Source: Saprospiraceae bacterium (lineage in GTDB: Bacteria; Bacteroidota; Bacteroidia; Chitinophagales; Saprospiraceae). From it: 64,000 nt of DNA. The DNA is taken from NCBI GenBank assembly GCA_047626155.1, contig JBLHRR010000013.1, forward strand, positions 270-64,269. Reading direction: 5' to 3'. The position numbers were made by a program, and so were the translations under genes. The notes below the pieces were generated by a model. The model was not told where the DNA came from and did not search any database. It worked only from the letters and a program-made list of their open reading frames with translations. This document shows, one piece after another, positions 10,050 through 18,837 of this stretch; within the stretch, counting starts at the first letter, position 1, and each line of letters begins with the position of its first letter.

Positions 10050-10139
10050 GAGAATGGTCGTTCAATAAAATCGCAGTGTAATCGTAGCGTCCTCGTAGCG
10101 CCGCTGCGGTTACCAACTCGCGTTAAAGGGCTTTTTTTT

Positions 10140-10667
10140 TCACTTCCTTTTTCGCCTCAACTTAAAAGACCAAGTGACCATCACCCGACAAACCTCCTCC
10201 TCTTGCTCATTCCGTCCAATACCCGTCATTGTGATTGGGACAGCCTCTCCCGTATCCAAAACCCGTTGCATCACATCAATTACTTCTTGTCCATCCTCGC
10301 AAGTAAAAGTAATCTTTCCAATAGCCTTCTTAGAAAAAGTAGCCTCCTGCTTCAGCACCAACATAGCGATGTCCTTTCTATTCTGAATGGCAATGATCGC
10401 CAACATACCTGTCGACAACTCACCTGCTCCAGCCAAAGCCGCAAAATAAATGGACTTAAAAGGATTCTTCGTTCGCCATCCATAAGGAATAACTACCTCC
10501 GAACGATAAGGAGTACAGGATTTTACACTAAAGCTCCACCAAGCGGCGGAAGGCAACTTGGATAAGAAAAAGAAAAATAATTTGAAGTTATTCTGAAAAG
10601 AATTGATTATGTATTTAGTAGCCTCAGAATTAGGATCAAAGTAGGAAGCTGTGTTTGATTTTGACAT
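10140..10667 (-). CDS. hotdog-fold thioesterase-like protein (DUF4442-like)
   Basis: The ORF track gives 10140..10706. I prefer the ATG at 10665-10667 (MSKSNTASYF). The family assignment is from memory of DUF4442-type sequences and is moderate only. Confidence 0.5.
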   Translation of the reverse strand: MSKSNTASYFDPNSEATKYIINSFQNNFKLFFFFLSKLPSAAWWSFSVKSCTPYRSEVVIPYGWRTKNPFKSIYFAALAGAGELSTGMLAIIAIQNRKDIAMLVLKQEATFSKKAIGKITFTCEDGQEVIDVMQRVLDTGEAVPITMTGIGRNEQEEEVCRVMVTWSFKLRRKRK

Positions 10668-11001
10668 TTTAGTAGGTTGTTCTATTGTTAGTTGTATCCA
10701 ACTCATTACGCAAATAGTTGGACTAAAGGTCTAATTTGTTTTCTTAAATATTGATTAGAAGGGGAGAAGTACAGACAAAATGGGGCAATATAATAGATCC
10801 GCTCCAAGTCAAAGTTAAGTTTTCTCCCTCGCATACCAAATCCCCTTTGAATTAAACCTAAGAAATTGTACTTTTGCCCACTCAAAATTAGAGTTCACAC
10901 TCTAAGAATTGGTACGGTCGGTCAAAAACCGGACACCGTTATACCATAAACCGAATAAATTCTATTGAAATCAATCCATTAATCAAACTCAATATTCAAA
11001 T

Positions 11002-12216
11002 ATGAATCTTCACGAGTATCAAGGAAAAGAGCTTTTGCAAAAATTTGGTGTTGCCATTCAACATGGTATCGTAGCAGACACCGTTGAAGAAGCGGTTGCC
11101 GCTTTCGAAAAATTACAAGCAGACAGAGGAGCCAAAATGGCCGTTGTCAAAGCGCAAATTCACGCTGGTGGCCGAGGTAAAGGTGGCGGAGTGAAATTAG
11201 CTAAAGACATGGAGGAGCTAAAAGAACATGCAGGGAATATCCTTGGTATGATGCTCAAGACTCCTCAGACACCAGGAGGAATGGAAGGACTAGGTAAATT
11301 GGTAAACAAAATATTAGTTGCCGAAGATTGCTACGCTCCTGATTTCGATTCTTGTAAAGAGTACTACTTTTCTGTCCTTATGGACCGTGAAAAGAAATGT
11401 AACGTAATTGTTTACTCTACTCAGGGTGGTATGGACATCGAAGCGGTGGCTGAAGAAACGCCTGAGTTGTTACACAAAGAATACATCGATCCTTCTTTAG
11501 GATTACAGGCTTTCCAAACGCGTAAGATCGCTTTCAACCTTGGTTTGAGCGGACAGGCGTTTAAGGAAATGACAAAATTCACAGCTTCTTTATACAAAGC
11601 TTTTGTCGAATCTGATGCTTCTCTTTTTGAAATCAATCCTTGTCTACACACTGGAAATGACAACATTCTTGCTGTGGACTGTAAAGTAACTTTGGATGAG
11701 AATGCATTGTTCCGTCACCCGGATCTTGCTGCACAAAGAGATACTTCAGAAGAAGATCCTGTTGAAGTAGAAGCAAAGGGCTATGGCTTGAACTTTGTAA
11801 ACCTAGACGGAAACGTAGGTTGCATGGTAAACGGTGCCGGTCTTGCAATGGCAACGATGGACATCATTAAACTATCTGGTGGTGAGCCTGCCAACTTCCT
11901 TGACGTAGGAGGTACCGCAGATGCAGAGCGTGTAGAACAAGCATTCCGAATCATCTTAAGAGACGATAAGGTAAAAGCAATCTTAATAAACATCTTTGGA
12001 GGAATCGTTCGTTGTGACCGTGTTGCTCAGGGAGTTGTGGACGCTTACAAAAACATGGGTAACATCACTGTTCCAATCATTGTACGTTTACAAGGTACAA
12101 ATGCAGACATCGCTAAAACGATCATCGACGAATCTGGTTTAGAAGTACACTCTGCCACTCTTCTACAGGAAGCAGCGGATCTTGTATCCAAGGTATTGTC
12201 AGCTGATAAAGCATAA
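11002..12216 (+). CDS. sucC: succinate--CoA ligase (ADP-forming) beta subunit
   Basis: The 404-aa ORF begins [17 protein letters not shown]. It has the ATP-grasp motif [14 protein letters not shown] and the C-terminal CoA-ligase domain [15 protein letters not shown]. Confidence 0.95.
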   Translation: MNLHEYQGKELLQKFGVAIQHGIVADTVEEAVAAFEKLQADRGAKMAVVKAQIHAGGRGKGGGVKLAKDMEELKEHAGNILGMMLKTPQTPGGMEGLGKLVNKILVAEDCYAPDFDSCKEYYFSVLMDREKKCNVIVYSTQGGMDIEAVAEETPELLHKEYIDPSLGLQAFQTRKIAFNLGLSGQAFKEMTKFTASLYKAFVESDASLFEINPCLHTGNDNILAVDCKVTLDENALFRHPDLAAQRDTSEEDPVEVEAKGYGLNFVNLDGNVGCMVNGAGLAMATMDIIKLSGGEPANFLDVGGTADAERVEQAFRIILRDDKVKAILINIFGGIVRCDRVAQGVVDAYKNMGNITVPIIVRLQGTNADIAKTIIDESGLEVHSATLLQEAADLVSKVLSADKA

Positions 12217-12278
12217 AAACGATTACGTTTGTAAACTACCAATTTCAGCGTAGTTACTTTCTTGAAATTATAAAAAAA

Positions 12279-12312
12279 AGGGTCGAAGCTTATTTAGCTT
12301 CGGCCCTTTTTT
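12279..12312. terminator. bidirectional intrinsic terminator between convergent sucC and the galactose-oxidase-like gene
   Basis: AGGGTCGAAGC (12279-12289) pairs with GCTTCGGCCCT (12297-12307) with one G.T. It has an A-run upstream and a T-run downstream. Confidence 0.8.
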
Positions 12313-12335
12313 AATGCGTCTTCAAGGGCAGCTCT

Positions 12336-15300
12336 TTACTCGCGAGCAACCATCACCTTCTTACTCAAGACTTTCCGATCAGCCATTCTCACCACCACCA
12401 CATACAAACCACTCTCAAAATTACTCGTCGAAAAGCGCAAAGCCCCTTCCGAAATTTCATCCTCAGAACGCTCCGTCATCAATTGTCCAAATGCATTATA
12501 AATGGAAATTGTCCCTGACTCTCCAACAAAATCACTCAACTGAATAAAAAACTCATCTTTCGCTGGATTAGGGAAAACGGTAAAGTTGTTCACCATTTCA
12601 TCGAAGGTCAAAGTTCTAACTTCAGAATAGGCCACCGTTCCGTCTTGATGTGTTTTTTTGATTCTGTAGTAATTCGTTCCAACTTGAGGGGCAACATCTT
12701 TTCCACTATAATTGAAATGGGCGTTCCAGTAATTATTATCAGATTCTTTTTCATCCACGACTTCAAAGTCAATGTTATTTAAAGAGCGTTCTACTTCGAA
12801 ATATTCATTTTTGTATTCTGTATTGGTCACCCAATAAAGTCTCGCTGCTCGGCCGTCTTTAACCGCAGAGAATAGGAAATCCTCTGAATCTTGCTGCGCT
12901 ACCAAATTGGTACTACTATTCACAAAAGCCTCTTTGTTACAGACCGTAGACCAGGAACTAGTATATAAGGATGCTTTTACAAAGTAGGTATCATTAGCTA
13001 ATGGAAGTACTTCGGTACCATTGCAATCTCCGGCACAATTAAATACTTCAGACCAGGAGCTATTGAAAACCTGAAGAATAGAAACAGGTCGGCTATCCAA
13101 ACCAGTTACGGTCAGGTTGGTTCCGTCATAAGTAAAGTTAATATTGTCGCAATCAACACCTCCGCCGCCAACGGTTACGAACTCTTCCACATCACAGATG
13201 ACAGTCCAATTGGCAGTATACAATCGGGCTTTGACAAAGTAGGTGCCGTTTGCCAAGTTGTTGATCGTTTGAGTAGGCGCGTCGCAGTTGCCTGCACAAT
13301 TCAGAATGGTAGTCCAACTAGGATCAAAAATTTGAACTTGTGTGATAGGGGAGTTTAAGCCACTTACACTAATAGAACCTGAACCTGCTGTTATTGAAAT
13401 GAAGCTACAATCATTTGGTCCAGTAGATGGGGTACCTTCACAGGTGCAACCATCCGATTGGATGACGTCATTGTTGGTATTTGCATTATTATCATTACAA
13501 GCGCTCCCAACTGTTGCTGGTAGATTAGGATCATTATCATTACAATCTACATTTGCACAAATGCCATCATTGTCATTGTCCGGGCAGCCACCACCCCCTC
13601 CAACAGTATAAGAGTCGTTGACCTGGCAGACTTGAATATAATTTTCATTAAAATATTTTACATAAACGAAGTAATTCCCATCAGGTACAGATATGTTTTC
13701 CGTAGGGAGATTACAATCCGCAAAACAACTGTAAACAGTAGTCCAATTGGAGTTGAATACCTGGACAGAGCTAATGGGGGCACCATCTAAACCAGTAACA
13801 GTAATTACACCAGCTCCGGTGCTGACGCCAATATTATTACAATCCGGGGTACCTCCGCCTCCGGGTGTTCCTGCGCAGGAACAGTTAGCGAGGTAAACAT
13901 CATCGGTTGTATTAGGATTTCCATCATCGCAAGAAGTACCGATAAGGCTGTCGTTAAAATTAGGACAAGAGTCATTGGCATCGCAAACGCCATCGTTATC
14001 GGAGTCCTGTTCGGTACCGGCACAATTACAATTGCTATCGTAAATATCATTTACAGTACAAGCGTTCCCATCATTACAGTTGCTGCCAACTGTGCAATTC
14101 CCGGAAGGTGGAAATAAATTGTTAGATGGAATGATTTCCTTATTGATGCCCGGGCCAGACCAAGATAATTGTATAAGTGCGTCGCCCGAACTTTCGTAAT
14201 ATTCCAGACGAATGGTATAATGTTGATTGGCTTCCAATTGAATCATAGCAATGTCCTCCTCTGTAGTATGGTTGGTCCAGTTATCCACCATAGGTACACC
14301 GTTGACCCAAAGTCGAACACCATCATCACTGTTAGTGTAAAAGGTGTAGGTTCCGCTTCTTGGAACCTCAATTTCTCCTTCCCATCTAACGGAGAAATTA
14401 TCTACAGGAAGGCCGGTAGGGCCAGCTGTTCCCCAACTAAAGTCTATAGTTGGATCTACTTGAGTGGATACCGTGCCACTTAGGTTTATACTATTGAAAT
14501 AAGTAGCTTCCAGTCCTGTTCCACCACTGACGTTGTTGGATAGGGGAGTACAATTGTTTATATCATTTCCTATCTGAATAATTTTGGAAACAGAAGGCGT
14601 CCCCGCAGCATTCATTGCAAATAACATATAACTTCCGGGGGGCAGTATATTCCTGTTAGAAATATTAAGTTGGTACTGATTGCCTCCCAGGTTCGTAGCG
14701 GAAACAGGTATTCTCCGTTGGTCATTATTAGTACTATGCGTAACTGCAGAATTTCTAACTAGGGAAAAAGAGCTAACGCTACTGTTCATTCCTACGGTTA
14801 TGTTACTGTTGTAATTTGCCGTTGTAGGAGCATTGTTGATGACGGGGCGAGTTGCCAGCGTCCCATTGCTGTTGAAAAGATATGGAGGGCTGAAAATCTC
14901 CGCATCCGGATGGTTGGTCGAACAACTACCGCAAAGACCGCTACCTGCTACAAAAACACGTCCGTCAGCTAATAGTAAAGCGATACTGTGGTAATTACGA
15001 GGAGTTTGCATCGCTGCCATTTGCGACCAGCTTTGTGTATTCGGATTCCATAATTCAGGGATCAATCTGGAGTTGGCATCAGAAAATAAAAAGGAGGTAG
15101 GCATTCCTCCAAAAGTGACTACTTCGCCTGAGGGAAGTACCACCGCATTATGGCAGTTACGACTGTAATTTAGATTGCCTGACGGTGTGACTTGGGGTGT
15201 ATTGCTGTTGAGGTCAATGACATAAGTTTTGTTGTTTGCAGCACTTTGTTCTTCGAAAGTAGTGGCACCACCAAGCTTTAGAATTTTTCCAATATCATAC

Positions 15301-16211
15301 ATTACAGTATTGCCATTTATGGAATAGTCATCATCGCCTCGTAATCCGGCAGAAGTATAGCTGCCAAGACCATCTGTATCAATCCAATGCATGGTCGTAC
15401 TTGGGCCGGCATGGAATAGTTTGCCATTTGGAGCCACCCATAACCAAGGGAAATAATCATCATGCTGTACTGGCTGATTAGAATTTGTACCATCCGTAAT
15501 GGCCGTAACAGGAATGCCCGGAGTCCGGAACCAGCCCGATTTTTCTGACCAGATTTCAGCATCTTTTCCACCTAGACCACCAGACCAGGAACCGCCAATA
15601 GTAAAGGTTGCTCCACTAGCTAGTGTGACTTGAGATTGATAGCCACGAGGAATGTTCAGCGCATCGTTGGTACTCCAGTCTCCGGTGTACGGGTCGTATA
15701 TAGAACTTTTGTCAGAGCTTGAACCACCAGTAGCCATCACCCGTCCATCGGGTAAAGTCGTCACTCCAGGGCAAAACATATCGTGTTGGGTATTGGTAAT
15801 AAGGAACTCCGCAGAACTATTGTTAGAAGGGTCGAAGATAGTTGTCCATGTTCTACCCAGGTTTCCACCGAAAGAGAGTTTATCTTTAGCAGACCAGGTC
15901 ATCAATTTACCGTTGGGTAGATTGGCCCCTGCAATAGCAACCAGCGGCATTTGGATCACCGAACTCCAGGCGCCTACCGTATTATTGACGAAACTCTGTC
16001 GGTAAGGAATAAAATCCTTGCTACCGAAAGACTCCAGTTTAATGTCATATTCATCGGCGTTGAGCCTTTTAAACATAAGGTATTCATCCCAGTTCATTTC
16101 TTTACCAGAACATAATTTCACAATGGGGTCTCCATTATTTGCGTATGCAAAAGAGGAGAGTAGCAGGCCTAGAATTAGGAATCTTACCTTGAGGGGAAAT
16201 GATTTGGTCAT
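12336..16211 (-). CDS. galactose-oxidase-like radical copper oxidase fused to PA14, Cys-rich/TSP3-like modules, three tandem ~90-aa repeats and a T9SS sorting domain
   Basis: The ORF track gives 12336..16283. The likely start is the ATG at 16209-16211 (MTKSFPLKVRFLILGLLLSSFAYA). It matches the galactose oxidase active-site context as I remember it: HDMFCPG (Cys of the Cys-Tyr cofactor), PRGYQS, RNYHSIALLLADGRVF and AVTHSTNNDQRRIP. A PA14-like block (FSVRWEGEIEVPRSGTYTFYTNSDDGVRLWVNG) is present, and a T9SS CTD is at the C-terminus. Confidence 0.85.
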   Translation of the reverse strand: MTKSFPLKVRFLILGLLLSSFAYANNGDPIVKLCSGKEMNWDEYLMFKRLNADEYDIKLESFGSKDFIPYRQSFVNNTVGAWSSVIQMPLVAIAGANLPNGKLMTWSAKDKLSFGGNLGRTWTTIFDPSNNSSAEFLITNTQHDMFCPGVTTLPDGRVMATGGSSSDKSSIYDPYTGDWSTNDALNIPRGYQSQVTLASGATFTIGGSWSGGLGGKDAEIWSEKSGWFRTPGIPVTAITDGTNSNQPVQHDDYFPWLWVAPNGKLFHAGPSTTMHWIDTDGLGSYTSAGLRGDDDYSINGNTVMYDIGKILKLGGATTFEEQSAANNKTYVIDLNSNTPQVTPSGNLNYSRNCHNAVVLPSGEVVTFGGMPTSFLFSDANSRLIPELWNPNTQSWSQMAAMQTPRNYHSIALLLADGRVFVAGSGLCGSCSTNHPDAEIFSPPYLFNSNGTLATRPVINNAPTTANYNSNITVGMNSSVSSFSLVRNSAVTHSTNNDQRRIPVSATNLGGNQYQLNISNRNILPPGSYMLFAMNAAGTPSVSKIIQIGNDINNCTPLSNNVSGGTGLEATYFNSINLSGTVSTQVDPTIDFSWGTAGPTGLPVDNFSVRWEGEIEVPRSGTYTFYTNSDDGVRLWVNGVPMVDNWTNHTTEEDIAMIQLEANQHYTIRLEYYESSGDALIQLSWSGPGINKEIIPSNNLFPPSGNCTVGSNCNDGNACTVNDIYDSNCNCAGTEQDSDNDGVCDANDSCPNFNDSLIGTSCDDGNPNTTDDVYLANCSCAGTPGGGGTPDCNNIGVSTGAGVITVTGLDGAPISSVQVFNSNWTTVYSCFADCNLPTENISVPDGNYFVYVKYFNENYIQVCQVNDSYTVGGGGGCPDNDNDGICANVDCNDNDPNLPATVGSACNDNNANTNNDVIQSDGCTCEGTPSTGPNDCSFISITAGSGSISVSGLNSPITQVQIFDPSWTTILNCAGNCDAPTQTINNLANGTYFVKARLYTANWTVICDVEEFVTVGGGGVDCDNINFTYDGTNLTVTGLDSRPVSILQVFNSSWSEVFNCAGDCNGTEVLPLANDTYFVKASLYTSSWSTVCNKEAFVNSSTNLVAQQDSEDFLFSAVKDGRAARLYWVTNTEYKNEYFEVERSLNNIDFEVVDEKESDNNYWNAHFNYSGKDVAPQVGTNYYRIKKTHQDGTVAYSEVRTLTFDEMVNNFTVFPNPAKDEFFIQLSDFVGESGTISIYNAFGQLMTERSEDEISEGALRFSTSNFESGLYVVVVRMADRKVLSKKVMVARE

Positions 16212-16421
16212 AATGTTAGGTTTTGAACGGAAAGATAAAATAGAACTGGTCAGTATAAAGCAATAGATAGTTGACGAAGGCAACGAGAGAATAAAGAGTC
16301 AGAATAAGGTAAGGTTGGATATGTGTGTATTACGAGAAATAGTATCAAGGGTGAATTTCTAGCAAGGTTATTCACTCTAGTAAAGATAAATGAATTGTCA
16401 GAATTTTTTAGTGTAGACAAA

Positions 16422-16460
16422 TAAAAAGCCCGAATTCGCATGACAAATTCGGGCTTTTTA
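16422..16460 (-). terminator. intrinsic (bidirectional-type) terminator downstream of the peroxidase-like gene
   Basis: AGCCCGAATT (16427-16436) pairs with AATTCGGGCT (16446-16455), flanked by an A-run and a T-run. Confidence 0.75.
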
Positions 16461-16475
16461 TTCAAAAATGATTTT

Positions 16476-17135
16476 TTATCTCAAAAAAGGATCAGAGAAT
16501 TTCTCGTCCGTTCTAAAGCTTTCTCCGGATAGTGTTTTGAGAAAGGCTACAAGTCCTTCTTTTTCCAATTCCGTCAGATTCATACGTTGAGGTTGTACGT
16601 TTCCTGTTGTTTGATCGAAACTTTTGAAATGCCAGCTTAGTTGTGGATGGTTTTTTATGCCACTATTATAGTGTTCCACCACTTCTTCGAGTGTGCCGAA
16701 AGGGCCATCGTGCATGTAAGGAGCCGTAAGCCCTATATTTCTTAAGGACGGTATTTTGAATTGTCCGCTATTAATAATTCCTAAAGGGTTCTCTACAAAA
16801 ATCAACTGACCATCTTCAGTTACAACTTGCGTAAACGTAGAGCTTACCCCTGGGTCTTCATAGATCAAGTCGAGGCCAATATTAGCAGAAGCACCTCCCC
16901 AAGACGGAGAAAAGAGCGGATCAACATGGCAACCTGAACAATTTGCTTTTTCAAAGAACACAGCCTTGCCTAGACTTTCTAAAGGGGAGAAGTTGCTGAA
17001 GTTATTGTCAACTCCTTGATCGTATTTACTGTCAAAGCTGGTAATGGACTGTATGAACTCTGATACAGCTATACTGATTCCTTCAGGTGTCATTTCATCA
17101 ATGCCATACCATCGAACCCTGTAGTAAACAACCAT
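16476..17135 (-). CDS. cytochrome c peroxidase/MauG-family protein, C-terminal heme domain only (truncated or frameshifted)
   Basis: 219-aa ORF with a single CxxCH (CSGCHVDPLF) and the family motif PSLRNIGLTAPYMHDG. The N-terminal heme domain expected for this family is missing. Confidence 0.6.
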   Translation of the reverse strand: MVVYYRVRWYGIDEMTPEGISIAVSEFIQSITSFDSKYDQGVDNNFSNFSPLESLGKAVFFEKANCSGCHVDPLFSPSWGGASANIGLDLIYEDPGVSSTFTQVVTEDGQLIFVENPLGIINSGQFKIPSLRNIGLTAPYMHDGPFGTLEEVVEHYNSGIKNHPQLSWHFKSFDQTTGNVQPQRMNLTELEKEGLVAFLKTLSGESFRTDEKFSDPFLR

Positions 17136-17500
17136 CGCTTTCCAATCTCGTGTTGTTTTTCTCCTCCCAATCGGAGGTCAAATGCCATAAAGGTTTGATT
17201 GAAAGGGACTATTGAATTGCCTTCATCTCCAGAAATACGATTAACGTCTACACCAAGCCCCAGTCGGAATGCTTTATCACCGTTTATTTTTTTATAAGTA
17301 AGTAGGTAACCCCCCGAATCCGTTTCGTTTCCATTTAAGGAAAGAAACTGATTGGCGAACCCTGTAGCATTGAGCCCCCATTCATTATTGTAAGAGGGCG
17401 TTTCGGTACTTTTCTGTGCTTTCATAACAGTAAAATTACAAAGTACGCAGAAGAATAGAAGGCTGGTGATGTTTTTTGTAATAAAGTTGTTAGTAGTCAT
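17090..17500 (-). CDS. hypothetical secreted protein fragment overlapping the peroxidase ORF in another frame
   Basis: 136-aa ORF with a signal-peptide-like N-terminus. It overlaps 16476..17135 by 46 nt. No heme motif. Confidence 0.35.
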   Translation of the reverse strand: MTTNNFITKNITSLLFFCVLCNFTVMKAQKSTETPSYNNEWGLNATGFANQFLSLNGNETDSGGYLLTYKKINGDKAFRLGLGVDVNRISGDEGNSIVPFNQTFMAFDLRLGGEKQHEIGKRWLFTTGFDGMALMK

Positions 17501-17533
17501 AGTTTTTTGTTGTATGATTTTTAAAAAGGATAA

Positions 17534-18298
17534 TCAAACATACTCTTTCCTTTGAACATATTTGGCCCAGAAGGCCCGAAGAATAATCCAGCTATGTGCA
17601 AAGAGGTTAGGGAAAAAACCATATTGCTTTTGTAAAATCTGATATCGATCCTTTAAACTCTGTTGATGCCTGTTCTTGGAAATCCCTCCCGTCAGATAAT
17701 GAGCCAGGATGATATTTGTCTGACTAGTCCTCCTGCTTTTCTTCAAACACTCGATAACCCAGTTGATATCTGCACTTAAATTATTCATCATGTATTTGGG
17801 CACAATTGTTCTCCTTGGCAAGAATCCTTGATGACAGACTACCATTCCATAACGCAATGATTTCCAAGTCAGTTGCTTGGGCAATTGTTGAGTCGTACAC
17901 TCACTACGAGTACCCAAAGCTTCCCGATGTTCATTGACTAACATAACTTCTCCGTAAAGCACATCCGTATCCTCTTCGCAACAAGCCACCATTTTACGGA
18001 CCGTATCTTTTGTTGGAATCGTATCTCCTGCGTTCATAAACCAAATAAAATCTCCGGTTGCCAAATCAATCCCTTTATTCATGGCATCGTATAAACCCTT
18101 ATCCGGTTCCGAAATCCAACGATCAATTTGTTCGTCTTTCTTCTGAATGAGCGCTAAGGAACCATCTGTAGAAGCACCATCCACTATGACATATTCAATA
18201 TTAGGATAGTCCTGTTCAAATACAGACATCATGGTCATCTCTAAAAGAGAGGCACTATTATAAACTACGGTAATGATACTGATAGTAGGTTGAGTCAT
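17534..18298 (-). CDS. family 2 glycosyltransferase
   Basis: ISIITVVYNSASLL...YVIVDGASTDGS is a typical GT2 N-terminal signature. 254 aa. Confidence 0.8.
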   Translation of the reverse strand: MTQPTISIITVVYNSASLLEMTMMSVFEQDYPNIEYVIVDGASTDGSLALIQKKDEQIDRWISEPDKGLYDAMNKGIDLATGDFIWFMNAGDTIPTKDTVRKMVACCEEDTDVLYGEVMLVNEHREALGTRSECTTQQLPKQLTWKSLRYGMVVCHQGFLPRRTIVPKYMMNNLSADINWVIECLKKSRRTSQTNIILAHYLTGGISKNRHQQSLKDRYQILQKQYGFFPNLFAHSWIILRAFWAKYVQRKEYV

Positions 18299-18349
18299 AG
18301 ATTTAACATACTGTAAAACAAAAATGGAGTTTCAAAGAAAGCTGCTAAA

Positions 18350-18472
18350 TAACAATAAAAAATTAACTTATAACAGTTCAAGCTTTTAGATAAAGCTAAA
18401 CGACTGCAGGGAGAGTGATTTAGCTAAGAGCTTGAGCGTAAACTGTTATAAATTATTTTTTGTGTAATATTA
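18350..18472 (+). repeat. family-1 long-hairpin element, divergent copy (different stems, same loop and flanks)
   Basis: The 5' flank is AACAATAAAAAATTAA. The outer stem TTATAACAGTT (18368-18378) pairs with AACTGTTATAA (18441-18451). The loop is AAACGACTGCAGGGAGAG and the 3' flank is AATTATTTTTTGTGTAATAT. Confidence 0.8.
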
Positions 18473-18837
18473 AAGATCAATAAAAAACCTAAGGATATGG
18501 CATATCCCCTTCAAAGATCGAAGATCGCAGGGAGATATGTCCTATCAGAGGAGGAACAATTCGGAATGCGTTCGGTGTGATTGGTTGTTGTATTTGAGCT
18601 GCCGCTATAAACGTGCAGTCAGTGTTGAACTGTCATACTGAGTGAACGCAGGCAGTCAAACAAGCAAAGACCAACTCCTATTCATCCCGAGCAAGGTACG
18701 AGTCGAATTCTATGATACTTGAAATCTACCTCCAAACTCAGATACCGTTTCTCAAATACCGCGCTGGAACAGTCTCCAACGAATTTCGTAACTATTACTA
18801 AAAAGCTTACCTTCGGCCAATAAATTCTTAGAACACA

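Noticed and set aside
10029-10565. 178-aa + strand ORF, with similar ORFs at 9919-10116 (-), 10174-10386 (+), 12314-12547 (+), 13342-13611 (+), 15652-16005 (+), 32397-32627 (-) and 55563-55877 (-).
   Set aside because: They are antisense to or overlap well-supported genes, or span repeat and terminator sequence. They have low-complexity or proline/serine-rich composition and no recognisable motifs, so they are treated as spurious.
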